Shown: positions 9,225-18,831 of the stretch, piece by piece | Layout: each line of letters begins with the position of its first letter | Position numbering within the stretch: the stretch's first letter is position 1 | From: Pseudomonadota bacterium | GTDB taxonomy: Bacteria > UBA10199 > 2-02-FULL-44-16 > JAAZCA01 | Direction of reading: 5' to 3' | Assembly (NCBI GenBank): GCA_043798915.1 | Contig: JAZDOG010000036.1 | Coordinates: 1 to 37,900 of the forward strand | DNA length: 37,900 bases | Made by a program: the position numbers and the translations under genes | Notes under the pieces: generated by a model | The model's input: the letters and a program-made list of their open reading frames with translations, nothing else | What the model was told of the DNA's origin: nothing | The model's database searches: none

Positions 9225-10496
9225 ATGAAGAAGGCATTCGCAGCACTCGCACTGCTGTGCATGCTGGCCATGGCGGCCTGCGGCTCGGTGAACAACTCCA
9301 CGTCCCCGGCGCCTACACCAACTCCGGCGCCATCGGAGACCCCGACGCCCGAGGCGCCGGCGGCGACCCCGCCCTACACGGAGATGCTGCCGTCTGACGC
9401 CGCAATACCGGTCGGGAACACCGTGGTCGTATTCAACTCGAGCTGGACTGACCCGATCGGCAATCTCTCGAGCATCCTGCTCTCGACCCCTGCCTCCCCG
9501 GTGCTCGCGCGCGTCACGACCGACGGCTCCGACGCGGTCGCCAAGAGCTTCGGAGGAAGGATCTACGTCGTCAATCGTTTAGGCGCCGACTCCATACAGG
9601 TCATCGACCCATCCAATTTCTCGGTCGCAGCCGATTATTCCGTGGGCAAGGGTTCCAACCCGCAGGACATCGCCGTCGTGTCGGACGAGAAGGCCTATGT
9701 GTCGAGGCTTGATTCACAGAATGACACATCCGACACGGGCGACGTGCTGGTCATCAACCCGCTCACGGGCGCGAAACTCGGAAGCATCGACCTCAAGCCC
9801 TACACCGATCCAAACGGCAACCGTCTTGCCCGCGCGGCGCAGATGGTCCTGGTCGGAAAACAGCTCTATGTCTGCATCCAGGACCTGCCCGCAGACATGT
9901 CCAAATCCGCCAGCACAAACGGGAAGGTGGCAATCATAGATACCGAGACGGACGGCCTTGTCGATGTGGATCTGAACGCGGCCGGCACGCAGGTGATTGA
10001 ACTCACCGGGAGGGATCCCTGGGGCATCACCTACTCGCCGCTGACCGACAAGCTCTACGTCGCCGACAGCGGCACCTTCGTCAACCTGGCTGCCGACACA
10101 AGCGACAAATTCGGCGGCATAGAGGTCATAGATCACAAAACGAACAGGAGCGAAGGCATCGTGGTGGACGACGCTGCGCTGGGCGGTGGCATATACGAAG
10201 TGAGGATCGCATCCGCGGAGCTTGGCTTCACGATCACGAGCCCCTCCCTGGGGGTCGCAAAGATCGCATCGTTCAACCCGACAACATATGCGGTCGTTTC
10301 GAAAAACGTCTACACGTCACCGGGATTTTATCTCCCGGACTTCACAATCGATTCGCAGGGGAGGCTCTTGATAGCGGAGCAGGAAGCGAAGGGTCCCGGC
10401 GTCGTCATCCTGAACGCCTCCGACGGCTCGAAGGTCGCGGGCCCGGTGAACGTCGGCGCGCCGCCGGTGTCGATAACGTTTGTGGATGTGCAGTGA
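9225..10496 (+). CDS. Lipoprotein with YncE/BtuG-like beta-propeller
   Basis: SD AAGGAG; lipobox-like MAAC; Pro/Thr linker; blade motifs IYVVNR..DSIQVID, GSNPQDIAVVSDEKAYVS, KLYVADSG. Confidence 0.75.
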   Translation: MKKAFAALALLCMLAMAACGSVNNSTSPAPTPTPAPSETPTPEAPAATPPYTEMLPSDAAIPVGNTVVVFNSSWTDPIGNLSSILLSTPASPVLARVTTDGSDAVAKSFGGRIYVVNRLGADSIQVIDPSNFSVAADYSVGKGSNPQDIAVVSDEKAYVSRLDSQNDTSDTGDVLVINPLTGAKLGSIDLKPYTDPNGNRLARAAQMVLVGKQLYVCIQDLPADMSKSASTNGKVAIIDTETDGLVDVDLNAAGTQVIELTGRDPWGITYSPLTDKLYVADSGTFVNLAADTSDKFGGIEVIDHKTNRSEGIVVDDAALGGGIYEVRIASAELGFTITSPSLGVAKIASFNPTTYAVVSKNVYTSPGFYLPDFTIDSQGRLLIAEQEAKGPGVVILNASDGSKVAGPVNVGAPPVSITFVDVQ

Positions 10497-10524
10497 AACC
10501 AACTGACTTTGGGATTGATCCAGC

Positions 10525-12459
10525 ATGAAATGCAGCAATGCAAAGACAGCGATCATGATGATCCTTGCCGCGATCCTTGTTGCAGCATGCGCCGGCTGCC
10601 ATACCGGCGCATATGCGCCGGAGGACGCCTCGCCGAACTCAAGCGCAACAGGGCTGCGGACCTTTGCCCTGGCCGGCGATTTCCCCTCTGACATTGTCAT
10701 TCCGGATATCGACGGCATGCGCTCCACGGCGTTTGTGGTCTCTGCGCAAGATCCTTCGGGCGTGATCGCTATCGACATCGATGCAAACCCGATGAAGCCC
10801 TCCGCGGTTTTTAGGGGCGTCACTGTGCCGGAAGACGCAGGCATTCCCTTGCGGCTGGTCATCGCAACGCGCTCGCAGGGTTTTCTGCTCAACTCCAATG
10901 CCGTCGTTTCCTTCAATCCCGAAACCGGCGCTGTGCTCGACCTCACAAGCGTCGTTGCACCCCTTGCCATTGGCGGAGGGCATCTGAACTCCGACAGCAG
11001 CACCGCAAACACCTGGCTCAACCCTTCCGATCCTGGCGGCATTGCAATTGCCGGAGACAAACTCTTTGTTTCCTCTTCAAACTATCTCCACACACAGCCC
11101 CCGGCGATTGCAGCCCCCGGCACGGTGCAGGTCTTCACGATCAACGCCAACGGATCGCTCACGCCTTCAAACCGGTTCATCACCAGCGGCTACAATCCCA
11201 CCGGGCTCGCGGTGCGCAATGATAATGAACTGCTTGTGCTCAATTCCGGCATCATCGAGAGCGCCGGCGCCAAAAATGTGGCGCAGAGTGACGCTTCCAT
11301 AGATGTGCTCGATCTGGGCATGCTGACGATCACCTCCACCGTCCCGCTCGGCAAGGTAGCGGCATCTCCCTGGGGTCTTGCGCTAACGATTGACGGCTCG
11401 CGCGCCTTTATCGGCTCTGCGGCCTTTGGCCATATCTATGAGGTCGATCTGATCAAACGCCAGGTGCTGCGCGGCGCAGATCATCCGATCGCGGTATCCG
11501 ATGGCGCGGACCATGTGTTGGCGCTCGCGCTCTCCGTGGATGACCAGTATCTCTTTGCCTCGAGCTTCAAACAAAACTCGGTGTTGCCTTTTGATCTCAC
11601 CGCATCAGACCCTGCGCTCGGCAACGCCTATATGGTCGGCTTTCCCTCCGGCGTTACCAACGATAATCCCAGTGGCGCCAACACCGGTGCAGGTCCGCTT
11701 GCCGTGAGGCCCGGCTCGCGCGGCATGGACTACAGCGGCGAGGATCTCTTCGTGCTCACCGGTTATCCTGGGACATTGGTCGCCATCACCACGGATGCCT
11801 CGGCCCAAAGACATACCCCTCCTGCTCTGCCTGCCCCAGACAACAACACCGCACCTCCCACCACACCGCCATCGGGCAACAAAGTTGCACCCTGTCAGGG
11901 TTTCGCGGAGGCAGTTCATACTGTGACATACGGACCAGGCGCAGGCTTTGGGCAAGGTTTCTTACCCAACATAGTGCTGGGACCGCCCCACGGTGCAGGG
12001 GCGCTCAGCGGTGGTTTGGACGTGCTCTCGCTGGGCACGGGCGGCGAGATCGTGCTGGACCTGGAAAACTGTCCGGTGGTCGATGGCCCCGGCAAAGATT
12101 TTATCGTGTTTGAAAATGCCTTCTTGATCGGAGGAAATCCAGCCACGCCGTATGCAGAGCCGGCAACGGTCGGCGTCAGCGATGATGGAATCACGTTTAC
12201 CGACTTTCCGTGCTCGCTTGCCGTCTATCCTTATCAGGGATGTGCTGGCTGTCACCCGGTCTATTCCAATCCCAACAATAACATCAGCCCGTTTGATCCG
12301 CTCGCCGCAGGTGGTGAAGCATATGATCTGCACGATATCAGCATCGCGCATGCGCGCTTTGTGCGCGTCCGCGACGGCGGCGTATGCTGTGCAGGAATCA
12401 CTACGGCGGGTTTTGACCTGGATGCCATCGCGGTCATTCACGGAGAGACTAATAATTAA
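10525..12459 (+). CDS. Lipoprotein: beta-propeller plus C-terminal cell-surface (BtuH-like) domain
   Basis: Lipobox VAAC; propeller motifs; Pro-rich linker; C-terminal VLSLGTGGEIVL, DGPGKDFIVFENAF, AEPATVGVSDDG, FVRVRD, GFDLDAI. Confidence 0.72.
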   Translation: MKCSNAKTAIMMILAAILVAACAGCHTGAYAPEDASPNSSATGLRTFALAGDFPSDIVIPDIDGMRSTAFVVSAQDPSGVIAIDIDANPMKPSAVFRGVTVPEDAGIPLRLVIATRSQGFLLNSNAVVSFNPETGAVLDLTSVVAPLAIGGGHLNSDSSTANTWLNPSDPGGIAIAGDKLFVSSSNYLHTQPPAIAAPGTVQVFTINANGSLTPSNRFITSGYNPTGLAVRNDNELLVLNSGIIESAGAKNVAQSDASIDVLDLGMLTITSTVPLGKVAASPWGLALTIDGSRAFIGSAAFGHIYEVDLIKRQVLRGADHPIAVSDGADHVLALALSVDDQYLFASSFKQNSVLPFDLTASDPALGNAYMVGFPSGVTNDNPSGANTGAGPLAVRPGSRGMDYSGEDLFVLTGYPGTLVAITTDASAQRHTPPALPAPDNNTAPPTTPPSGNKVAPCQGFAEAVHTVTYGPGAGFGQGFLPNIVLGPPHGAGALSGGLDVLSLGTGGEIVLDLENCPVVDGPGKDFIVFENAFLIGGNPATPYAEPATVGVSDDGITFTDFPCSLAVYPYQGCAGCHPVYSNPNNNISPFDPLAAGGEAYDLHDISIAHARFVRVRDGGVCCAGITTAGFDLDAIAVIHGETNN

Positions 12460-12491
12460 CAATATTAACAATTAACCCTAAGGAGGTTGCC

Positions 12492-13823
12492 ATGTTGCCA
12501 GTAATAATTTTCGGTATCGCTGTAGGCAGTGCGATTTTTTTCTCGGGATGCAAAAAACCGCCAGAGGATCATCCTGATGATCAAGACAACAACATAGTGC
12601 CAAAAGATACCGGCGCCGCGCCAAATGACATCAGCGCCGTGCCGAATGACATCAGCGCCGTGCCGAAAGATGCGGGCGTCGATATCAGCGGCGCAAATGC
12701 GGATATGTCTATTCCCCTCGATGCCGCTAAATCTGATACCGCGGTGCCCGTAACACCCAATGCGCCTGCGGCGAGTTCTTACACCAACATGCCCTGTGCC
12801 TTCCCGGCAAGCCTTGCGCACGATCCTTCCACAAACACGCTGCTTGCGGCCTGCGGCGGGGCCCCCAATGCGCTTTTTCGCTCGCAGCCCCTGGGTCAGA
12901 CCGGCAAATGGACACAGGTGGGCGTGGTTGGCGGTTATCCTGCGCACCATATCCAGCTGGATAATCGTTTTTTCCTGGTGAATCACGGTTCGCCTGATGG
13001 ATTCACCATCATCGATGCGCAAACCGGGCTGCCTTCTTCCGAAATTGCATTCTCGGCACTCGCCCCGCGCACCCTGCAGAACCAGCCGCTCGGCTTCACC
13101 CCCAATAATCCTGCAGGCGCTATCATCTCGGGTGCAACGCTATGCATAGCCACCTCGAATCTGAACCACTTCGACGCGGACCCCGCAAAAACCACGTTTT
13201 ATCCTGGCACGGTCTTGTGCATGCCTTACAAAACCTCTGACGGCACAGTCAACACATCAAACGTCACGGCGATTGTCACCTCTGGCATCAACACCACGGG
13301 CATGACAGCATGCGGCGCGCAACGTTTTGCGGTCCTGTCTTCCGGGAGCTATTCGCCAAATCCCAATCAGCAGGCCTCGCTGGATATCTGCACCCTGCCT
13401 TCCATGAACTGCACTGCAACACCCTTAGGTGCAATCACGGCGCAGATATCTCCAACACTGGCACTGACCCAGAGCGGCATGATCCTTATCGGCGTGCAAA
13501 AGCCGTCTCCCAAAGTGCTGGGCGTTTCCAGCACAACGGGTCAGATTGCCTATGACCGCAATGTGCCGGAGGTGCAGAACTTCATCACCTCAATCGCAAC
13601 GCACGACCACGTTGCGGCCTTGTCTGATTTCGGCCAGTTTGGCAAGGGTAGCGCAGTTCTCTTTGCAGATGTGAATCCCAACGGCTGGACCGGCATCCCC
13701 TCCTCTTCGATCAACGGTTCTTGCGGACCCTCGGTCGTAATCGGCGATGCCTTGTATCAGTCGGTAACTGATAACGCAGGCGCTGCAGGGAGCGTGTGGA
13801 AGCTCAATATGGCAGGGATGTAG
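12492..13823 (+). CDS. Lipoprotein, beta-propeller-like, paralog of 10525-12459
   Basis: SD AAGGAGG; lipobox FSGC; low-complexity repeat linker; shares PGTV, TSG.N.TG, VL.SG and AS.D blocks with the preceding protein. Confidence 0.72.
   Translation: MLPVIIFGIAVGSAIFFSGCKKPPEDHPDDQDNNIVPKDTGAAPNDISAVPNDISAVPKDAGVDISGANADMSIPLDAAKSDTAVPVTPNAPAASSYTNMPCAFPASLAHDPSTNTLLAACGGAPNALFRSQPLGQTGKWTQVGVVGGYPAHHIQLDNRFFLVNHGSPDGFTIIDAQTGLPSSEIAFSALAPRTLQNQPLGFTPNNPAGAIISGATLCIATSNLNHFDADPAKTTFYPGTVLCMPYKTSDGTVNTSNVTAIVTSGINTTGMTACGAQRFAVLSSGSYSPNPNQQASLDICTLPSMNCTATPLGAITAQISPTLALTQSGMILIGVQKPSPKVLGVSSTTGQIAYDRNVPEVQNFITSIATHDHVAALSDFGQFGKGSAVLFADVNPNGWTGIPSSSINGSCGPSVVIGDALYQSVTDNAGAAGSVWKLNMAGM
12600..12683 (+). 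repeat. 21-bp coding tandem repeat (PKDTGAA-PNDISAV-PNDISAV-PKDAGVD)
   Basis: CCAAATGACATCAGCGCCGTG / CCGAATGACATCAGCGCCGTG at 12621-12662 plus degenerate flanking units. Confidence 0.85.
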
Positions 13824-13824
13824 T

Positions 13825-14652
13825 ATGCATATCAGAGCGATGCTGATTTTATTTTCTATGATTCTGCCCGGCTCTGCGCTTGCCGGCGACCATTATCCGC
13901 AGCGGATCGTGTCGCTGAAGCCCAACGTCACTGACATCGTCTACGCGCTTGGGGCTGGCGAAGAGCTCGTCGGCGTCACGCGCTACTGCGACATTCCCGC
14001 CGGGGCAAAGAAGCCCGAAATCGTGGGCGACTACGCGCAGGCCTTCGTGGAGAGGATCGTGGCGCAGGGCCCCACCATAGTCATCGGCTCCATGGAGAAC
14101 TCGAGCCGCAGGTCGATCGAATCGCTCGAGAGGATGGGCATGCGCGTTGAGATGTTTCCGTTCACAACGCTGGCCGAAACTTTGGATTCCATCCGCGGGA
14201 TCGGCGAGGCGCTGGAAAGGCCGGACGACGGAAGAAAGCTGGCGGCGCGGATCGAGGAAAAACTCGGGGCTCTTAAAAAACGCTGGTCCGCAGAGAAGCC
14301 GGTCAAGGCGGTGGTCGTGTGGGGTTTGAAACCCCTCATCGTGGCCGGGCACGGGACGTATATGGATGAGATGATGGAATTCATCGGCACCGAAAACGCG
14401 GTGCGCGCCACAAAAGTGAAATACCCGCGCATTGGCCTCGAGGAGCTGATCTCCATGGACCCCGAAGCGATCGTCGATCTTTCGATGGGAAGCGAGGGCG
14501 ACGGCCAGGACGCGAGGCCGTGGAAGGGCGTCGGCCAGATCATGGCCGTCCGCAACGGGCGCATCGTCCGGCTCGACGCCTCGCGGTTTCGCGCCGGGCC
14601 GCTCCTTCCGGAAGCGCTTGAGAAATTGGCGGGGTTGATACATAAAAGATAA
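13825..14652 (+). CDS. btuF: Cobalamin ABC transporter periplasmic binding protein
   Basis: Signal peptide; PQRIVSL.PNVTDIVYALG, LVGVTRYCD, YPRIGLEEL, RAGP; riboswitch operon context. Confidence 0.85.
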   Translation: MHIRAMLILFSMILPGSALAGDHYPQRIVSLKPNVTDIVYALGAGEELVGVTRYCDIPAGAKKPEIVGDYAQAFVERIVAQGPTIVIGSMENSSRRSIESLERMGMRVEMFPFTTLAETLDSIRGIGEALERPDDGRKLAARIEEKLGALKKRWSAEKPVKAVVVWGLKPLIVAGHGTYMDEMMEFIGTENAVRATKVKYPRIGLEELISMDPEAIVDLSMGSEGDGQDARPWKGVGQIMAVRNGRIVRLDASRFRAGPLLPEALEKLAGLIHKR

Positions 14653-14658
14653 ACATAA

Positions 14659-14753
14659 CCCTCCCCTTTGTAAGGGGAGGGAAGGGTGGGGTAGATCAAA
14701 ATAATCAGCGACAGATCTACCTCCCCTAACCCCTCCTTACAAAGGAGGGGGAG
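14659..14753. repeat. REP-like inverted doublet, copy C
   Basis: Same units as copies A and B; lies between btuF and btuC. Confidence 0.88.
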
Positions 14754-14762
14754 TTGTTAAAT

Positions 14763-15755
14763 ATGCACCTCACTCTTCGCAAATGGATAGCGGTCAACTC
14801 GGTGCTCCTCGCACTCCTCGCTGCGGCTATGGTCGCGGCGATGGCGATGGGGTCCGGCCGCGTCACGCTCTCCGATGCGATGGGCGCGGACTCAAAGGCC
14901 AGGGCGATTCTCTTTCTCGCCCGCCTGCCGCGCGCAATCCTCGCCGCGCTCGTCGGGATGGCGCTCGCATCCGCCGGCGGCGCATTTCAGGCGCTCCTCA
15001 GAAATCCACTGGCCGACCCATTCATCCTCGGCGTCTCCGGCGGCGCAGCGCTGGGCTCCGTCGCGGCGGTGGGGCTGCACCTGCCCTTCGCATGGATATC
15101 CGCCGCGGCATTTCTCGGCGCCGCAGTGGCTATGCTCGTCATCTTCGCCATAGCGGGGGTGCGAAGGGGGCTCGATTCGACAACGCTCCTCCTCACCGGC
15201 GTCATCTTCAACGCGTTCTGCTTCGCGCTCATCCTCTTCATCAACGCGGTGGTGACGATGGAGGAGGCATACCAGATCATCTTCCTCCTCATCGGCAACC
15301 TCGAGGTCACCGACATGGGGACGGTGGGAGTGGTAGCGATCTTCGTCATCGCCGGGTTCGGCACGCTCTGCCTCTACTCTGGGCGCATGAATCTGCTCTC
15401 CGCCGGCGACGAGGACGCCATGGCGATGGGAGTCGACATCAAGAGGCTCAGGGCGATTGTGTTCGTGGCCGCGTCGGTCATGGTCGGGGCCGCGGTCGCG
15501 GCGTCCGGCCTCATTGGATTCGTTGGGCTCTTCATCCCGCACATCATGAGGCTCCTCACTGGCTCCGACAACAGGCTCCTCATCCCCGCATCAGGGCTGG
15601 CCGGCGCGGCATTCCTGGTCGCAGCCGACGCCGCGGCGAGGACCCTGCTCATGAACACCGGCTACGCCACACAGCTTCCTGTGGGCGTGATAACCGCCCT
15701 CGTCGGCGCGCCGCTCTTCATGGTGCTTTTAAGAAAACAGATGCGAAAGGCATAA
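14763..15755 (+). CDS. btuC: FecCD/BtuC family ABC permease
   Basis: RLPRAIL, QALLRNPLADPFILGVSGGA, GLIGFVGLFIPH, LPVGVITALVGAPLF. Confidence 0.9.
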   Translation: MHLTLRKWIAVNSVLLALLAAAMVAAMAMGSGRVTLSDAMGADSKARAILFLARLPRAILAALVGMALASAGGAFQALLRNPLADPFILGVSGGAALGSVAAVGLHLPFAWISAAAFLGAAVAMLVIFAIAGVRRGLDSTTLLLTGVIFNAFCFALILFINAVVTMEEAYQIIFLLIGNLEVTDMGTVGVVAIFVIAGFGTLCLYSGRMNLLSAGDEDAMAMGVDIKRLRAIVFVAASVMVGAAVAASGLIGFVGLFIPHIMRLLTGSDNRLLIPASGLAGAAFLVAADAAARTLLMNTGYATQLPVGVITALVGAPLFMVLLRKQMRKA

Positions 15756-16558
15756 TGGACGGCCGCGACATGGCACATCGCCTGAAAATCGAGGACATTC
15801 ATTTCGCCTATGGCGAAGAGGACGTGATCCGCGGCGTCTCCTTCGAGATGGCCCCTAGCGAGATCGTCGGGATACTCGGCCCCAACGGCGCCGGAAAATC
15901 CACGCTCATAAAGCTCATGGCGGGTCTCTTCAAGGCGCGAAGCGGAGAGGCGACCCTCGGCGGAGAGGATCTCCACCGCATGCCGGCGGCAGAGAGGGCA
16001 CGAGAGATCGCCTTCGTCCCGCAGGAGAGCCACATCCCCTTCTCGTTTACGGCGATGGAGGTGGTGCTGATGGGAAGGTCGCCGCACCTCCCGCTCCTGG
16101 GCTTCGAATCCAGGCGCGACATCGCGATAGCGCACGAGGCCATGGAGAAGACCGACTGCCTGAAGTTTGCGCCCCGCGACATCAACTCCCTCTCCGGCGG
16201 CGAGCGCCAGCGGGTGATTTTGGCCCGCGCGCTGGCACAGGAACCGAAGCTCCTCTTCCTGGACGAACCGACGACCTTCCTCGACATCCGCCATCAGATC
16301 GAGCTCCATCGCCTGTTCTCGAGTTTGAGCCGCAAGGGGGGGCTCGCGATCGCCGCAGCGATGCACGACTTGAATCTCGCTGCCGCATTCTGCGATCGCC
16401 TGATCGTGCTCAAGGAGGGAAGGATCACCGCGGCCGGCAAGCCCCGGGATGTGATCACATCCTCCACGATATTCGAGGCTTTCGGCGCCCGAGTCCTCGT
16501 AGGTTCTCATCCGTCGACAGGAACGCCGTATTGCATCCCCCCGGACATCGCATCATGA
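15755..16558 (+). CDS. btuD: ABC transporter ATP-binding subunit (BtuD/FecE family)
   Basis: Walker A GPNGAGKST, LSGGERQRV, LFLDEPT, HDLNLA; TAATG overlap with btuC. Confidence 0.9.
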   Translation: MDGRDMAHRLKIEDIHFAYGEEDVIRGVSFEMAPSEIVGILGPNGAGKSTLIKLMAGLFKARSGEATLGGEDLHRMPAAERAREIAFVPQESHIPFSFTAMEVVLMGRSPHLPLLGFESRRDIAIAHEAMEKTDCLKFAPRDINSLSGGERQRVILARALAQEPKLLFLDEPTTFLDIRHQIELHRLFSSLSRKGGLAIAAAMHDLNLAAAFCDRLIVLKEGRITAAGKPRDVITSSTIFEAFGARVLVGSHPSTGTPYCIPPDIAS

Positions 16559-16640
16559 TGAAACCGCTTCAGTGCCCGCCAAAAGGGCTTTACAGCCCAT
16601 CCACCCGTTGGTAGCATGCGCGTTTCAAAGGAGGATTTGT

Positions 16641-17501
16641 ATGTCCAATGTGCGCAAGGCAGTCATACCCGTGGCCGGCCTCGGGACGAGATTTCTGCCG
16701 GTCACCAAGGCCATCCCGAAGGAACTCTTGCCCATCGGGACCGTACCGACCCTCCAGCTCGTGGTTGAAGAAGCGGCCGCATCCGGAATTGAAGAGGTGA
16801 TACTGGTCACATCAGCCGCCAAGGCCCAAATCGCAGAGTATTTCAGGAGCGACACCCCTTACGACAGACAGCTCGATGCGCTGGGAAAGGGCCGGCTCCT
16901 GGAGGGACTCCGCAACCTGTCCAGGCAGGTGAAGGTGACGACCGCGCCGCAGGAGGCGCCGAAGGGCCTGGGGCATGCGATCCTGTGCGCCAAGGATGCC
17001 GTGGGGGACGAACCCTTCATAGTGATACTCCCTGACGTCCTGATCGAGAGCAGGGTCCCCTGCTGCAGACAGCTCATCGATGCATTTGAAAAAACCGGAG
17101 TGGCCGTCAACGCAACCGAGCACACGCCCGCCGAGAAACTCCATCTCTACGGCATCTACGACATCGCTAAATCAGAGGGCCGCATCCACAGGGCCCGAGG
17201 CGTGATCGAAAAACCAAAGGCGGAGGATGCGACATCAGACCTCTCCGTCGTGGGGCGCTACCTCTTCCCGCCTGATACCTTCGGCATCCTCGAGAGGACG
17301 CCTCCCGGCCGCGGAGGGGAGATCCAGCTCGCAGACGCAATGAACACCCTTGCAAAGGACGGGCGGATGATCGCCTACGAATATGAGGGAAGGCAGTTCG
17401 ACACGGGCGACCCCGAGGGTTTTTTAAAGGCCAATATATTCTACGGCCGCCGGGAACATCCTGCGGCGATAGATGCGTTCATGAGAGAAATGTTGAAATA
17501 A
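16641..17501 (+). CDS. galU: UTP--glucose-1-phosphate uridylyltransferase
   Basis: KAVIPVAGLGTRFLP.TK..PKE.LP, GLGHAI, EKP, GRY, GEIQL.DA; SD AAGGAGG. Confidence 0.92.
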   Translation: MSNVRKAVIPVAGLGTRFLPVTKAIPKELLPIGTVPTLQLVVEEAAASGIEEVILVTSAAKAQIAEYFRSDTPYDRQLDALGKGRLLEGLRNLSRQVKVTTAPQEAPKGLGHAILCAKDAVGDEPFIVILPDVLIESRVPCCRQLIDAFEKTGVAVNATEHTPAEKLHLYGIYDIAKSEGRIHRARGVIEKPKAEDATSDLSVVGRYLFPPDTFGILERTPPGRGGEIQLADAMNTLAKDGRMIAYEYEGRQFDTGDPEGFLKANIFYGRREHPAAIDAFMREMLK

Positions 17502-17520
17502 CGATCTGGAGAAGAGGATT

Positions 17521-18810
17521 ATGCAGACATTCATCAAGGACATAGCAAAGCACGAAGGCAAGGCCGTCACGATCAAGGGCTGGGTCTACAACGCCCGGTC
17601 GTCCGGCAAGATCACCTTCCTGCAGCTGCGCGACGGGACCGGGTTCATCCAGGGCATCGTCCACCAGCCCGACGTGACGGAGAAGGTCTGGGACGACGCC
17701 CACAAGGCGACGATCGAGACCTCCATAATAGCGACGGGAAACGTGGCGAAGCATCCCAAGCGCGAGGAGCACGAGCTCCAGATTTCGGGCATCGATCTCG
17801 TGCAGGTCGCAGCCGAATATCCCATCAGCAAGAAGGAGCACGGGCCGGATTTTCTCCTCGACAACAGGCACCTGTGGCTCAGATCGAAAAAACAGTGGGC
17901 GATCCAGCGCGTCCGGAACACGATCATCAACGCCACATATGAGTGGCTGAACTCAAGCAGCTTCATCAAGATTGATTCGCCGATCCTCACGCCCGCAGCC
18001 TGCGAGGGAACGACGACGCTCTTCGAGCTCGACTACTTCGACATGGGCAAGGCCTATCTCTCGCAGTCCGGCCAGCTCTACATCGAGGCGGCGATCATGA
18101 GCCACGGCCGCGTCTTCGATTTCGGTCCCACGTTCCGCGCCGAGAAGAGCAAGACGCGCAGGCACCTCACGGAATTCTGGATGATGGATGCCGAGATGGC
18201 CTTCTGCGATCACGACGGGAGCCTGAAGATACAGGAAGAGCTCGTGAGCCACATCGTGAAGAAGGTCCTCGAACTGAACGCGCAGGAGCTGGGGATCCTC
18301 GAACGCGACGTCTCGAAGCTCGAAAAGATATCCCCGCCCTTCCCGCGCATGACGCACGCCGAGGCGGTGGCGAAGCTTAAGACGCTGGGCAGCGACATAG
18401 GCGACGATGACGATCTGGGCGGAGATGACGAGACGATGCTCACGGGGTCGATGGAAAAGCCGCTCTTCATCGAGCGCTACCCAGCGAAGGTGAAGGCCTT
18501 CTACATGAAGCGCGATCCGAGGAATCCGGAGCTTGCGCTCTGCGCGGATCTGCTTGCGCCGGAGGGCTTCGGGGAGATCATAGGCGGAAGCCAGCGCGAG
18601 GATGACTATGACGAGCTGGCGAGGCGGATCGAGGAGCACGGCCTGCCGAGGAGCGCCTTCGAGTGGTATCTCGACTTGAGAAAATACGGCAGCGTCCCCC
18701 ACTCTGGCTTCGGCTTCGGCCTCGAGCGCTTGACCGGATGGATCTGCGGGGTGCGACACATACGCGAGACGATACCGTTCCCGAGGATGATTGCGAGATT
18801 GACGCCGTAA
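17521..18810 (+). CDS. asnS: Asparagine--tRNA ligase
   Basis: FLQLRDGTG, NRHLWLRS, YLSQSGQLY, FRAEKSKTRRHLTEFWM, GEIIGGSQRE, WYLDLRKYGSVPHSGFG. Confidence 0.95.
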   Translation: MQTFIKDIAKHEGKAVTIKGWVYNARSSGKITFLQLRDGTGFIQGIVHQPDVTEKVWDDAHKATIETSIIATGNVAKHPKREEHELQISGIDLVQVAAEYPISKKEHGPDFLLDNRHLWLRSKKQWAIQRVRNTIINATYEWLNSSSFIKIDSPILTPAACEGTTTLFELDYFDMGKAYLSQSGQLYIEAAIMSHGRVFDFGPTFRAEKSKTRRHLTEFWMMDAEMAFCDHDGSLKIQEELVSHIVKKVLELNAQELGILERDVSKLEKISPPFPRMTHAEAVAKLKTLGSDIGDDDDLGGDDETMLTGSMEKPLFIERYPAKVKAFYMKRDPRNPELALCADLLAPEGFGEIIGGSQREDDYDELARRIEEHGLPRSAFEWYLDLRKYGSVPHSGFGFGLERLTGWICGVRHIRETIPFPRMIARLTP

Positions 18811-18831
18811 TCGCCGGCCACGAATTCCGCG

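Noticed and set aside
14783..15754. N-terminal extension making a 591-aa ABC ATPase (similar extensions on dnk, smpB, priA, nth and rpe)
   Set aside because: The extensions are alternate-frame reads of neighbouring genes or intergenic DNA; family homology begins at the internal starts reported.
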